A stretch of 63,978 bases of DNA, the filler included, from Corallochytrium limacisporum Hawaii (Eukaryota > Protista > Pluriformea), in assembly GCA_002811645.1 (NCBI GenBank). It is 5 parts of 5 records of this genome, joined end to end, with 100 filler letters (N's around TTAATTAATTAA, not from the genome) between each part and the next. Parts side by side here need not be neighbours in the genome. Positions count along the whole stretch, not along the records: positions 12,500 to 44,287 come from PDIP01000086.1; 4 more parts are not named here. The stretch is one strand, 5' to 3'. The notes beneath the pieces were generated by a model. The model was not told where the DNA came from, searched no databases, and saw only the letters and a list, made by a program, of their open reading frames with translations. A program made the translations under genes and the position numbers. Shown one piece after another: positions 23,701 to 34,679 of this stretch. The first letter of the stretch is position 1, and every line of letters begins with the position of its first letter.

Positions 23701-24670
23701 GAGGTCCACGCTTTACACCAGAACCTGGCCGCCGGAGTGTATCTCGGGCTGCATTTGATGGGCTGAGCATGTTTCTCCGGCTGGAAATCGCAAGCGTACG
23801 TCCTGAAGTCATTAAGGATGCAGAGGGACTTTTTGCGGAGCTGGGGGATGCAGTCTGAATTGTAGAGGGCAGAAATTTTCCTGGTGTGTTCATGCGATTA
23901 GGTTCCAAACCTGTCCGGGTTCCCCTAAATCGATTACCTGCCAGAGTACTCGGTTTCGTCGAAGACCTATTAGTTGCGGCAGAGTGTCCCACTGGTGTCC
24001 TGGCCGATTCCATTTGAGCCAATGGACTGGAAAGGGTGGCTGGTGTGAAAGAAGATCGGCCATACGTAGGATTGAAGTTTTCGCTATCACTCCTTGCGTT
24101 TTGTGGCACAGCGTATCCGGATACTGATCCAGCAGTCGCAGCAGTACTGTATCCGCCCATAGACCGACGATCAAACGATTGAGCAGACGACGGAATCTGC
24201 AGGGTTGATGATGCCCCTTCTGTCGCCGCACTGCGTTCCCCGATATACAACATCTTCCATTGAGTTCTAGGCGTCCGGATGGCGCTCTTACTGTTACCAC
24301 TGCCAAGACGGACGGATGCTCGGAAGGAGCTTGTACTGGTTCCAACAGGTGCTTTCAATGCTGCCTTGGCACGTGTTCCAGAACCCAGGTCAATGTGGAC
24401 ACCATCCAGTTGCCCTGCGTACGACGTGGTGGCGTTCGGAGGTGTCCTGAAGATGTCACCGTCTTCCTCATCACCACTGGAAGGTCCCACGCCCGTAGGA
24501 GATGTACACTCATCCCGAGGCCAACCGATGTATTCAGCAATGTAATTTGAAACATACTTAGACGCTGACGATAAAGCGTTCTTAACATAGTCATAAGGTG
24601 AAGGAGGCTGGTTCCTGCGACGGATGGGTCCTCCGACTTGCGCTGGTGTGCTAGGATCGACGGAAACCAT
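20786..24670 (-). CDS. Nup153-like nuclear basket nucleoporin
   Basis: Three RanBP2-type Zn fingers (WxCxxCxxxNxxxxxxCxxC), many FG/FxFG repeats in the C-terminal third, basic tail GRKKLRAVRHRR. Confidence 0.88.
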   Translation of the reverse strand: MVSVDPSTPAQVGGPIRRRNQPPSPYDYVKNALSSASKYVSNYIAEYIGWPRDECTSPTGVGPSSGDEEDGDIFRTPPNATTSYAGQLDGVHIDLGSGTRAKAALKAPVGTSTSSFRASVRLGSGNSKSAIRTPRTQWKMLYIGERSAATEGASSTLQIPSSAQSFDRRSMGGYSTAATAGSVSGYAVPQNARSDSENFNPTYGRSSFTPATLSSPLAQMESARTPVGHSAATNRSSTKPSTLAGNRFRGTRTGLEPNRMNTPGKFLPSTIQTASPSSAKSPSASLMTSGRTLAISSRRNMLSPSNAARDTLRRPGSGVKRGPRAVEEDDQQLASPSKRHATTFNEPRPQLTEKAQRLMSLISTSPSETGFAAVNALSTTSSRSNIGLSYTPGRVPLGGTPGRSAGPAASLAVGRSPGAASLLPLTQRIDAQVQSVRQAQRERMRRSRYRVQPIYSRPPAKKASSEEDQQLQNLKKSAPYISTPMQQNKSEPRKEPANVPVSPAAKSSSSFGMAMGGGGKGNDLAKKALLNSARHAQASLQENTMSPMSSGGALSFPTHPASKSVGASNVDGQSKTKRTESMSDVSFSKPSEERLEPPKEAGSLGAGLTSSQKVSHELSKEPAPGAGFFPVMNPAEGTDATLITNDVSLPVYDLNKAPLLSSTATISLPGSATSTTTFKFGPRTAVESKPVTESKPSASITNPLAKFTPPSGSWSCQACMVTNKPEDGKCVSCMTPKPSVDGAKGKMEVPAGRTPAPHPTGSSLLDKFRAKAGSWKCDTCMTSNDADRDKCIACETSKSGTKFATSTPAPPVSNQSSGFTFGTSLAPGRSPEALKTVADPDAHVGSSLLDKFKAKPGTWKCDACMTSNDGDRNKCIACESPNPGAKSATSSASTAPALTFGKAGGFTFGMPKTVSVIDGSRVAANAPAGAEEKAPEPVVSSGGFRFGVKRPANREDEKREASPAPAGGSYSFDGSKPATTEEPPEKRATISKHTPLAFGKAPTSVGAPIPEVKAKDDTPKAQLFGSRGVTATPPAFGGFGKSNSVSTVDSDDVAPKPSPLFGGAAPAISSVDAPQPATSGGFGSNKTDYGGGFGSGPANGSDGATSLSSKSGPGLTFGAGASAPAAPVSTKNSSFGGGGFGTGSAMVANGGSSKPLFGSGSAETGDGLKPSPLASGFGGAGATASAFGGATAPPKPVATPQSSSGFNFSAGGGGAAPPFGGSATPTSAFGSNSAAGTGAPAPAFDFGAAASSASMGFNFGGSSEAPGGEMTFSAGGATTQSSGRKKLRAVRHRR

Positions 24671-25704
24671 TCTTATACTCTATATGTCAGGGACCTTAGC
24701 TTCGTCCCGACTTAGTCAGATGAGACACTAGTTTGGAAACATGACCTGCTTCATACCATGAACCTTGATCGGGTACAAATTCATCTCCCCAGTTGATCTG
24801 TCATTCTTGCATAATATTGCATTACTTGCGGATATAACCCCTGTTCCTGAAATATCTATCGGATAGTGTCACTGGAGTATTCATCCCGAGACATACAAGT
24901 TCAACAGCATGGGACTTATAGAGAATCTCATTGAAGAACTCCAAAGACACTACATGCAGGTACGAACGCACGCATACGCACGCGTACTAGCCTAACATTG
25001 GTGAAGAGCTGGCATGCGTCTGGGGATTTCAGTGCCACCACTCCCCTCCGCTCATACGCTGTACACAGACACTCTACCGACCTATCAAATTTTCGCCATG
25101 GATTTCCCACATGTGTTCACCATTGTGGGCGTAGGCGCAGTTCTTGGACTACCCGGTGCATGGAACACGGGAGAGTGTGTTCCGACACCAACGTGAAACC
25201 GATGGACCGGAAAAAGCCAAAACAAGAGCTCCCTCAATTTGTCTCGCATATACAGTACTGTTAAGGTGGCGCAAAAAGAGCGCGAAAGGGGAACGCGCGG
25301 TGAACAACAGGACGGTGGGGCGCTCTGCTGTAGACCGACACGCGCTTGTGATCCAGTATTGTTGGTGGTACGTTCAACTCACCCACCAGTCAGAGCGGTT
25401 GGAAGCCACGAGCCCAACAACACAACAGCGCGATGGAGTTGAGCTGCAAGAGTCGATGGGCCTTGCAGACGTGGGGTGCCGAGAGATGTAAACGACTTAC
25501 TGTTGGACAGAAACTGATCCCTCTCCGAATTCACATAAAGTCTTCAGTCCGACGAAATTCAAAATAATGACTTTTCTAGGTGACCATTTAGTCAAAATCG
25601 TCTTCTGGAGGAAGAATTGCCACCCGCGTCGGCTGCACTATTCATCTACGTCGGCGGGACTTTTGTTGGCACTACACAGCTAAATGCTAGTACAACCCTA
25701 GTAT

Positions 25705-25721
25705 GACACACACACACACAC
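25705..25721 (+). repeat. (AC)n microsatellite
   Basis: About 8 AC units. Confidence 0.8.
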
Positions 25722-26416
25722 CTTAGGGACGAAAGAACGAACCTTACCGCACATCCTTTAACATCTACAATTCCAACTGTGGCCGTGGTGGTCCGTCTAC
25801 AAACCAAAATCAGAGTCAGGAACAAATTGGCGCCGGTATTTCAACATTTGGCAACTACATCGCAGAAATTTGCGATGTTCCGTTACACAAACGGCCGACT
25901 TCAAAAAGTTGGGAAAGACAGGGAACTGTGGACATGCACTGGGACTACTTGATGATGATAGTCGAGAGCAAAATGGCATTGTAGACTTGTTCACCTTTTG
26001 CCACTGAGTTCCATTTCATTCAATCAAAATGGCCTGACAGTTTTGATTCGTGTGTATTTTCTAGGACGGGGTCAAAGTGATGCGGAATGCTTTCCATTAC
26101 TCTCGTCACTGACTCTTTGAGCGAGGTTTCCTGACAGGAAACCAAACGGGTCCTAGATCTTTTGGTGGACAAAACCCGAGCCAAACTCCTGATGACAACT
26201 GGAGCATCACACAGTGGGGCAGACACTTGGAAACTCTCAACGTCGACCCAAGATGAGCACTTCATCCCTTAGTTCTGAAGTTGGTGGATGTATGGTTACA
26301 CACTTGAAGTAATGCGAATAGATACGTTTGCAAGCGTCGGCAATAAATAGGGCCCGCTCCGAAACGTTTATGTCAACGGTGATTGATAGGATTTGCTGAG
26401 GAACATGTTACAGTCT

Positions 26417-26644
26417 TCACTCGCACCCATAATCTGGCAACCACTGCCGTATCTTAGATCTGAGGTCATGCATGTGACTGTTTTGTTCAAGTTCGATTTC
26501 ACGGAGTTCCTTAGCCAGGCTTAGGCCGCGCAAGGCTCTGCGTTTCAGAATCCGACGGTAGTAATCCTCTGCCAGCCTCACGGCCAAAATTTCTCTATAC
26601 GCCAAAGCAAGCGTTTCAAAATACTTGCGTCCATTAAATCTCAT
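26417..26644 (-). CDS. Possible short ORF or gene remnant with Sfi1/CCDC191-like helical C-terminus
   Basis: AEDYYRRILKRRALRGL...LRSKIRQWLPDY reads as protein-like. A long G run just upstream makes the frame uncertain. Confidence 0.25.
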   Translation of the reverse strand: MRFNGRKYFETLALAYREILAVRLAEDYYRRILKRRALRGLSLAKELREIELEQNSHMHDLRSKIRQWLPDYGCE

Positions 26645-27268
26645 TTCTTTACGCCGGGGGGGGGGGCACGGACAAATCCTTTTCTTCGAGGATGGTTTGA
26701 AACTAATGCGACCTAACCTTTCGCGCACAAACAGAAAGAGCTTTCCTTTCTTAATCTCAAGAGTTGAAGAGCTCGGCAGAATAAGCTGGCGGTCTAAAAT
26801 ACTCGTGGTTCATCGGCATTCTTGCTATAGTTCCTGAGGCATGTGACAACCATACATGTAGAGATGCCAATATTGCTACGTACTGGTGATGGGGCGGGAG
26901 GTGGAAAGCTGGCTTCAGTGCTCTTAAGGGGTGCGGTAGGATAGTAGGCGAGAATGGAGGGGCGGGGGAAAGGGCGGCGTTCTAAGCGCGTCAGGACGGT
27001 TGGAGGGTCAGAGTATGAATCAGTGAGAGCCTGTCCCATTTTCTCTGTATGCGATGTTCTTTATTGGGATGCTACATGCCAGGCAGTGAAAATATTGCCA
27101 AGTGAAATGGAAGGAAGGAAATTCTTAAAAGGGAGAAAAGGATGAAAGCGCAAATGTTTGAACAGACTGCGGCTGTTTCGATCGCGTGCGCAAACACAAG
27201 GGTCTGATTTCACAGTTATAGGGGACAGAACACGGACCGCTGAAACCAGTAAATAATCAAGTTCCACT

Positions 27269-27853
27269 TTAGGCATCCAGGGGCATGTCTTCAACTGTGG
27301 CTTTTTCGGTTTCCGCAATCTTCTTAGGGGAGTCATCCAGTCCAGCCGGAGGTTCGAAACTGGGTTCCTGAGGTACATAGTCGATGAGGATGGCTTTCTC
27401 CCGCGTAACCCTGTGAGGAACACTGACAATCAGGACTCCAGAGTCAGTAAAACTTGCAGAGATGTTGTCAATGTCAGTCTTGTTAGGAAGATTGATGACA
27501 TGGTTTAGATAGCGAGGGACACACACCTTATCCCCTGAACGGCACTTGTGTGTACCAGCAATCTTCAACTGTCCAGTGGAAGCTGTCAGAGAAATGTCTC
27601 CAATCGCAAACCCGGGTACGTCCATGGTGATGATGGAGGCATCCTCCTCCTCAATAATGCGGTATGTACGGGCATTCTGATTATGGTTAAAGCTGGGGAC
27701 CGCCATCTTGGCCGCAGCGTCAAAAGGGTAGTACAGAGGGTGCGGAAACATACCAGAAAGCCGGCTGATGCGGAACGCGTTAGTGCTGTTGACACATGCA
27801 AGAAGCATCAGCACTGTAAACAATGCGGTCAGAAAGGAATTGAAGGACTTCAT
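27269..27853 (-). CDS. Small heat-shock protein (HSP20/alpha-crystallin domain) with N-terminal signal peptide
   Basis: ATG at 27853 in GCC-ATG context; MKSFNSFLTALFTVLMLLACVNSTNA signal; ACD motifs ITMDVPG, INLP..TDIDNISASFTDSGVLIVSVP; I-x-I motif (ILI). Confidence 0.85.
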   Translation of the reverse strand: MKSFNSFLTALFTVLMLLACVNSTNAFRISRLSGMFPHPLYYPFDAAAKMAVPSFNHNQNARTYRIIEEEDASIITMDVPGFAIGDISLTASTGQLKIAGTHKCRSGDKVCVPRYLNHVINLPNKTDIDNISASFTDSGVLIVSVPHRVTREKAILIDYVPQEPSFEPPAGLDDSPKKIAETEKATVEDMPLDA

Positions 27854-28898
27854 GGCGGTCAATGCGCTAGTGAGGTAGAACTCGGGTGTGAGAATTGCCA
27901 AAGTGTAACGTTCGATCACGTTTAATACTGAAGGAGACCTAGGTCATGCCGAAACATACGCCTACCGGCTTACTTAAATACCTTTGAGTTCAGCTTGCCT
28001 CAGTGAATCCAAAGAATTGGCGGATGCCTCAAGGTTCGTATGCACAGGCGGTGCCCACCCATTGGCTTTCTGCCACCACCCCCGACGGGACCGCGTTCGA
28101 GATTGCTCGGTGGTCCCTCTCAAACACAGCGCAGCTCAAACAAAATGGTCGAAGCTCCTAGTACACTATGAAGATGTCAAACGCCGCGACACCCCCCTGA
28201 GGTGGCTGCTCTGTGAAGAGACAACTGGCCATCGCTGATTGGCTAATTTCATAGATTCACGAAAATAGTATATAAAATTCTCCTCCATGGTTCAATTCAT
28301 CTAATGACATTAATAGGTTTCAACTTTTACGCACCTGATGAGACAGCCGAAGATAGCCGCGGCTTAGCAAAAGTTAGTGGTCTAAAAGTGGATACCAACC
28401 CACTCATCATGATACATTTTCATGGTTCGGTCAGTCAATTCTTCGGTTTGCCACCCTACCGTACCTAGTCATTATATATTCTTGAGCGCCCTATTGCAGA
28501 CCAAACGATGGCGTTGTGTGACGTTTGGTGCTTTAAGTGGCGACCCACCAGCTGATCCACATTTTGCGGCTGCCTGTACCACAATGGTTTTCCGAATGAC
28601 TGTCTTTGTGCAGACACAATATTCCTGACGCCATTCGTGCACTTCAAGAGTAGCACAGAATATCTGTGTCATACGCACCTGGTAAGACTGTCCGCGCAGC
28701 CACAGATACATCCATCGCCAGCTGCTATGCCCTGGTGCTGATGGAGAACCAGCCTTTGCAGCTCTCGTTTGACCACGTCCATACATACGTGAGTTCGTTC
28801 ACCTGGTACTTCATCACATAGCAAATAAGTTACAATTCGTGCACTTAGCAGGAGCCCGTGTCCAAACTTCGGCCACATTCTCAGAAGCACAGAACAGA

Positions 28899-30314
28899 AT
28901 GGGTCTTCCAGGTTATGCTTGGGTCACGATCGGTGTTGGAGGTGCCCTCCTCCTGTTGCATCTAGTCGGTGACAGTTACAAGTGGCGCAATGCTCCTCAT
29001 CGCCACATAAAGACTAGCGCTCTTGTCAAGGAGTTTCAACCCCTTGTCGATCTCTTTGAGAGGCGCATACGGTCTGGAGAGGACCTCGGTGGTAGCTTGG
29101 CCGTATGGATTGATGGAAAGCCGGTAGTCAGTGTCTCTGGCGGATCTGCGGGCTCTGAACAAGATGCCCGCGAAGTTCTTCCTGACTCTTTGAGTATTTG
29201 CTTCAGCACCACAAAGACTCAGGAGTCCCTAGTTATTGCCATGTTGGTGGATCGGGGATATTTAGACTATGATCAACCGATCGCGAAGTATTGGCCAGAA
29301 TTCGCGCAAAACGGAAAGGAGAAGATAACAGTCCGTGATCTTATGCGCCACGAGGCTTGCCTGAACTTTGTTGATGAAATGTACACCCCTGAGCATTGTT
29401 TGCCAGAGAATCGTGAGAAGCTCGCAAACTACTTGGAACGCCAATGTGCGAGGATGGCGCCGGGTCAGAAGGACAAACTTGCCTATCATGCGATCAGCCG
29501 TGGACTATTTGCATCCGTCTTGTGCGAAAAAGTGGATCCCAAGGGGCGTTCAATGGGGACCTTTTACAAAGAAGAAGTCGCTGATAAGCTTGGTATTGAT
29601 TTCCATTTCCCCGTGCCTAACGAACACGAACACAGAATAATCGCTATGCAACCGCAACCTCAATGGTTCCAAACATTCAACATTTTGCCTCACCTCCTTC
29701 TCCCGAACTGGCTATGCAACATACTGTTCCGAGAGTCTCTGGAAAGGAGTGATGTTCACATGTTGACGAGTGTGATGAGGAAGGGAAGCCATACGCATAC
29801 GTCTTTCATGAGCCAAATTGATGAGGGCACGGGACAACCGGCAAAAGATGTGGATCCCCGTCAGATGTCTACCCCACGGTACTATCGAGGAGAGTGGCCA
29901 AGCAGTCATGGATTCGGTAACGCAAATGCCCTGGCAAAGGTAGCAAACGCTCTTGCTTGTGGTGGACAGCTCAACGGGATTCGCATTATCTCGGAGAGAA
30001 CGCTGGAAAGAGCAAACAAACATACTGGGCCGAATTTCTGTGACGTTATGAAGCGAAACATTGTCTTCTGTGATGCTGGATGGTGTCACTTTGACATGAA
30101 GCACCAGGGGGTTCAACGAGGCACAGGGTGGGTTGGATTTGGTGGCGTTTGGGTAATCTGGGACCCGCAAACACGGATGTCTTTCTCCTACGTACCCATG
30201 TCGGCCAATTCAAGTGCGTACGACTATCGCGGAAGGTCCCTGCTGAACATGACCTTCCAGATCCTGAGTGAAGGCCAATACGGGCTTGAAACCCACCCTG
30301 GAAAGATGGTCTGA
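28899..30314 (+). CDS. Beta-lactamase-fold serine hydrolase (EstB/AmpC-like esterase), N-terminally anchored
   Basis: First ATG 28899; N-terminal hydrophobic helix; SxxK (FSTTK), LVDRGYLDYDQPIAKYWPEFAQNGKEKITVRDLMRH, AYHA, GWVGFGG. Confidence 0.92.
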   Translation: MGLPGYAWVTIGVGGALLLLHLVGDSYKWRNAPHRHIKTSALVKEFQPLVDLFERRIRSGEDLGGSLAVWIDGKPVVSVSGGSAGSEQDAREVLPDSLSICFSTTKTQESLVIAMLVDRGYLDYDQPIAKYWPEFAQNGKEKITVRDLMRHEACLNFVDEMYTPEHCLPENREKLANYLERQCARMAPGQKDKLAYHAISRGLFASVLCEKVDPKGRSMGTFYKEEVADKLGIDFHFPVPNEHEHRIIAMQPQPQWFQTFNILPHLLLPNWLCNILFRESLERSDVHMLTSVMRKGSHTHTSFMSQIDEGTGQPAKDVDPRQMSTPRYYRGEWPSSHGFGNANALAKVANALACGGQLNGIRIISERTLERANKHTGPNFCDVMKRNIVFCDAGWCHFDMKHQGVQRGTGWVGFGGVWVIWDPQTRMSFSYVPMSANSSAYDYRGRSLLNMTFQILSEGQYGLETHPGKMV

Positions 30315-30638
30315 ATCCCTGTGGGACTGGTGTTGGACAATAAAACGACTCGGATTCATGTTTCTTCCCAGTTTTCGCCATAGTGCCCGCTGTGCAAGCA
30401 TTCGCAGAGGTATCCTAAAAGAGGGGCAAGAGTTAGGACACCGTACTTCGGTTGTTGGGTGGATCGGGATAAAGGTTGTGATTCAGATGTTCCCACGTTT
30501 AAACACGACCGAATCCAACAAAGGTATTAAACGACACGAATACTGCAAAATAAGCGTCAGGTTCATAGAATTTGCAAGGTGGATGTTTAGCTTCGCAGGT
30601 AATATGATCGTCAAGTTGCCATCGCTTTTGGCTTCAGC

Positions 30639-31240
30639 GATGTGGGAATGTTCTGGATACTCCGCGTTGTCGGCAATTCACCCAAGTGGAAGAAAGCATC
30701 TCATTATGATGTCACTGTAACCGAATTGGTTCGATGTATAAGCCAGTTTACGACGAGTTTGCGCGGAAACTAAAATCTGGAGAAGACCTCGGTGGGACCG
30801 TGTGGATTGATGGAAAGTGTGTACTGGAAGTCACTGGGGATTCGAGTGGCCCTGAGCCACACGCAAAGAAGATACACAATAATCATCTGACCCCTGTGTT
30901 TGGTTGTACCAAGGTAGTTGAGAGTTTACCTATCGCCATGCTTGTAGACAGAGGCTAGAGCAAGGATGAAGATCATATGGCGAAGAATTGGTTGGCGCTT
31001 GGTCAGAAAGGTATGGCGGACATCACCATCGCGGATCTGGCGCGGCTAGCTGTCCTGGAAGCACTGGTACCTGTGCAATTTACTCATGCAGAGAAAGTAA
31101 GTCTTGAGGCGGATCATTTGACTAAATAAGAACTGTATTTGGAGGGCACCCGGTCAAAGACGGTGTACCATGGGGTCACTTGTGGATTGTACACCTCAGA
31201 ACTATGTAGCCGAGTAGATCCTAAGGAGCATAATAGAATT
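30639..31240 (+). pseudogene. Decayed tandem paralogue of the upstream beta-lactamase-fold gene
   Basis: Colinear fragments VVGNSPKWK, KSGEDLGGTVWIDGK, ESLPIAMLVDRG*, ITIADLAR, VYHGVTCGLY..LCSRVDPK-EHNRI; frameshifts, in-frame TAG at 30956-30958, deletions, FSTTK changed to FGCTK. Confidence 0.88.
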
Positions 31241-31887
31241 TGCCTTCGTGCCGAACGCCGCCGTGACCAACTGTTGGCAATGTCGTCTGCCATCGCTCAT
31301 GGACGAGATAAGAACAATAGAGTAAAGCGATTTGCATACCTTGCGTTGTTGAGAAACAGGACGCTCATGTAGTTGACTGTTGCATTACGAACGGTCCTTG
31401 TGGAGACTCCAAAGGATGAGCTCTGGTCGGCTATAGCCAATGTATTGGACGACAGAATCGCCGAGCTTGTCTCACCACAACCTCCCCCCCTTTTGCTTAG
31501 CCGGAAGGGCCAACGGCTAGCCGCGAACCCGTCACATAGCCAGGGATGGCACAGCTATGACCTGGCAATACAGGCGGGATGGGAAACGAGTAACTGTTCC
31601 ATTCGACAGTCGCTGGAATGTTCAACTTGAACTCTTTACATAAAATGTTGGTTTCAGGTTTCAAATTTGCTATTTGGTCAATTGCGACGAGATTGCGGTA
31701 TTTGAAACGTAGGAATTTGTGAGTTTCGTTAATGTCCGTTATTGTCTGTTATTGGAGTAGCTGACGTTAGTTTCATTCCGCAATGACAATCTTTGAGACT
31801 TGGCGACTGTCTACATCGGGAGAGACTGTTTCGCATGATATGAACAGGAGATTTGGGAACTGATCTTGTTGTAACAGACCATCAAGG

Positions 31888-32673
31888 ATGCGTCTTAACG
31901 TGAGCCAAGGTGCTGTCCTACTACTGGCTGGTGGTCTCAGTTCCGCTACAATCCTACCAGAACCAGTATGTAGGAGCAAACCCAGTGTAGACGTTTGGAA
32001 AGACGTTACGGGCGCACCCGTGCATGTTACACTGCCTGAGACCGAAAATGATGTATTGCCTCGTGATCAGGACTTCCACGGAACAGAAGTGTACTATGTA
32101 AGCACAGAGGAAATTGAGCGCTTTGTAGAATCAGCCGCGGCCTTGGGCTCAACTTTTGTATCACTTATACTATTCTTTTCATCGTCTTGCCCGCATAGCT
32201 ATGAATTTGCCCCTGACTATGAGCGGCTGTCAGCGATATACCCACAAATTCCTATGCTGTCAACAGATGTACATGGAGACGGATCCTTGGCTGCCCACAA
32301 CTTCGCCGTGGCATCTTTCCCAGTGATGTATCTCTTTAGAGGTGACAAACCCAGAGATATCTACCACGGAGATCGTACTCTGGAAAGCATTGATGAATGG
32401 CTATCCAGTCATGTGGAATATAAGAAGTCGTTGTCTCTCAAGGCAGCAAAGATGCTGATGATTGAACAACCATGGGAGCCATCTAACGCTCCGAACATGA
32501 TATTTTACTGTGCGACGGCATACTTCACGGTGGAACTAGTGTGGCTGTGTCGTCGTCGAATTGCAGCATTTGTTTACGCATTCAAGAATCTCATTCCTGG
32601 ATTGAAACCCAACATTGTACATGATGGAGATGCCCTACGACCCGGGCAATCCAGTCACATTAAGAACGATTAA
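31888..32673 (+). CDS. Secretory-pathway thioredoxin-fold membrane protein with CxxS site (TXNDC15-like)
   Basis: Signal peptide; LILFFSSSCPHS; FAVASFPVMYLF cis-Pro loop; YHGDRTLESI; hydrophobic segment followed by RRR. Confidence 0.75.
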   Translation: MRLNVSQGAVLLLAGGLSSATILPEPVCRSKPSVDVWKDVTGAPVHVTLPETENDVLPRDQDFHGTEVYYVSTEEIERFVESAAALGSTFVSLILFFSSSCPHSYEFAPDYERLSAIYPQIPMLSTDVHGDGSLAAHNFAVASFPVMYLFRGDKPRDIYHGDRTLESIDEWLSSHVEYKKSLSLKAAKMLMIEQPWEPSNAPNMIFYCATAYFTVELVWLCRRRIAAFVYAFKNLIPGLKPNIVHDGDALRPGQSSHIKND

Positions 32674-34679
32674 ACTCTTCTCGGAGAGCTCCTAACACAT
32701 TGCAACCATTGTATCTGACCACCATGCTTCTGATTCATTCGCTAGCCCATTGGTTCGCGGTGGACAAGCCGGTGTCAGTTACACTCGCCTGCTGGATGGG
32801 CCGAATGTGTCATGCATCTGCGTGCAGTTGCAAAGCGGTTCGATCGCGTCCAGGTTAGGTCCCCTGCTGCTCTTCCAGGGGTCTCCCAGCATGCAGCCCT
32901 ACCACTCTGGTACACACATGGTGTCACACATATGAATATGCTTGCTGCGGCGATAAGGGCTCTGGCATTCCTTTCGATTGCCACAAGCGTATCTATACTC
33001 CGCATGTGCCGGACCTTCACGGATCCGCACCAGAGTGATTCTTGCCCGGTGAGCGATCCCCTAATCAAGGGCAAAGAAAAGGGAGAGAACGGGAAATAGT
33101 CAAATCTACGTCACCACAGCGAAAGCGACAGGAAATCACACTCTTGCAAGAAGGGTGAAGGAACTGCGCTGCGACCAATGGACAAACCACCCCAATGAAT
33201 TAAGTATGAAGATGGTTTAGGGACCCGAACCAGTGTGGAGAGAGCCTTGGAGAGACCTGCGGGCCTTCGGCTCTACTTAGTTTTGTACCAGTGTTTGCAT
33301 TTTTCTCTCCTCATAGTATGATATAACCATCCTTGAGATCACAGGAGCAGAAAGAACAATGCAATACAATTATCGTACTGAGGTCACTCGAATTGCTCCA
33401 ACCCAAAATTGTGGATTGTCCGGTGTGTTTAGGTGCTCTGCGGTGTTTCGTATTTGGCTTAATTAGAGATATTATACATCTGTTGCAATAGTATCTACTC
33501 CGTGAAAAGGTGGAGCCGTTCTAGACAGAATCTACTGAGTGGCATTCAAGACTCGACTTCAACAAATGGAACAACAATGGTGTGCGGTATCGTTTTTCTC
33601 ACCTTTGAGTAGCGTGGCGTTGTCTGCTCGACAATGAGTTTGATTATGAGTCGTTATGGAGAGGCGAATACGACGTCTTGAGACTCCCTGCCCCCTGGTT
33701 GCAAATCCTGGGAAGGGAGGGGGGAGGAGCGGTGTGTTGTGTACGCGGTCGCCTATGTTTCGCATACTGCCATTGGTGATTGGAACTTTCTTTGCCAACA
33801 GTCTTGACAATATATGTGCCGTTCATAGATCAGTGTAAGCACAACATAAAACTTTCTACAGTTTGTGCTACATGTTCCTCCAGCTGGCATGCGCAGGACT
33901 GGAATGCATGTACTGCCACGATTCCCTGGAGCAATGACCAAGAGAAATCGCCCGCGAGCGCAGTCTGAAATGCCTGTCATTCTCTTCCCTCTCCAGGAAC
34001 ACGTTTGGTGACACACTGGTTCAGGGATGACTACAATTCGGATGATTCCCAGGACGCTGGAGACTACGACACAATAGGCTGGAATATTGAAGTCCCCGGG
34101 CGTTTAATGCGATCCTGGTTCCCTGGTTTCCACCTACAGTGTTTTCCTGGTGCCGCTGCCTCCTGCGACCGGCAGAAAATTGTTCATATGCGGACTCATT
34201 CCCGGGAGATAGTGCACACACCCTCTATAGCCGGAAACTGATTATACACTGTATTCGCTAGAATGACGGGTGCACATCATGTCGGTCCGGGCGAGGGAGA
34301 TTCCGTGTTCCGGCCTGACCCGAGTTTATTCCAAAGTTCTGTAGTGCCTGACTGTCCAGATATTAATGTTGCAAAATACTGTGGAACCCGTACGATTTAC
34401 GGGACCACTAGTAGGATTTTTGAGCGTCACAACAGAAACGTGTATTTAAAGTCTCATCGATATAGTTTCAATAATTTCATCACACACTTGAAGCAGTCAT
34501 ACATTAGGTGCGGGTGCATACCCGGAACCTCCACGAGATTCAAACAGCCTTTTACAGTTACGCACGTACACATCTTAAAATTGGAACTTGACCAACAGTA
34601 GTGTGGGATTGTTGTAAAGAGGCGGGACTGAAGTTTCCGAGAACAAATGGATTTGTAACCAGTTTCCACATCTGCAATA

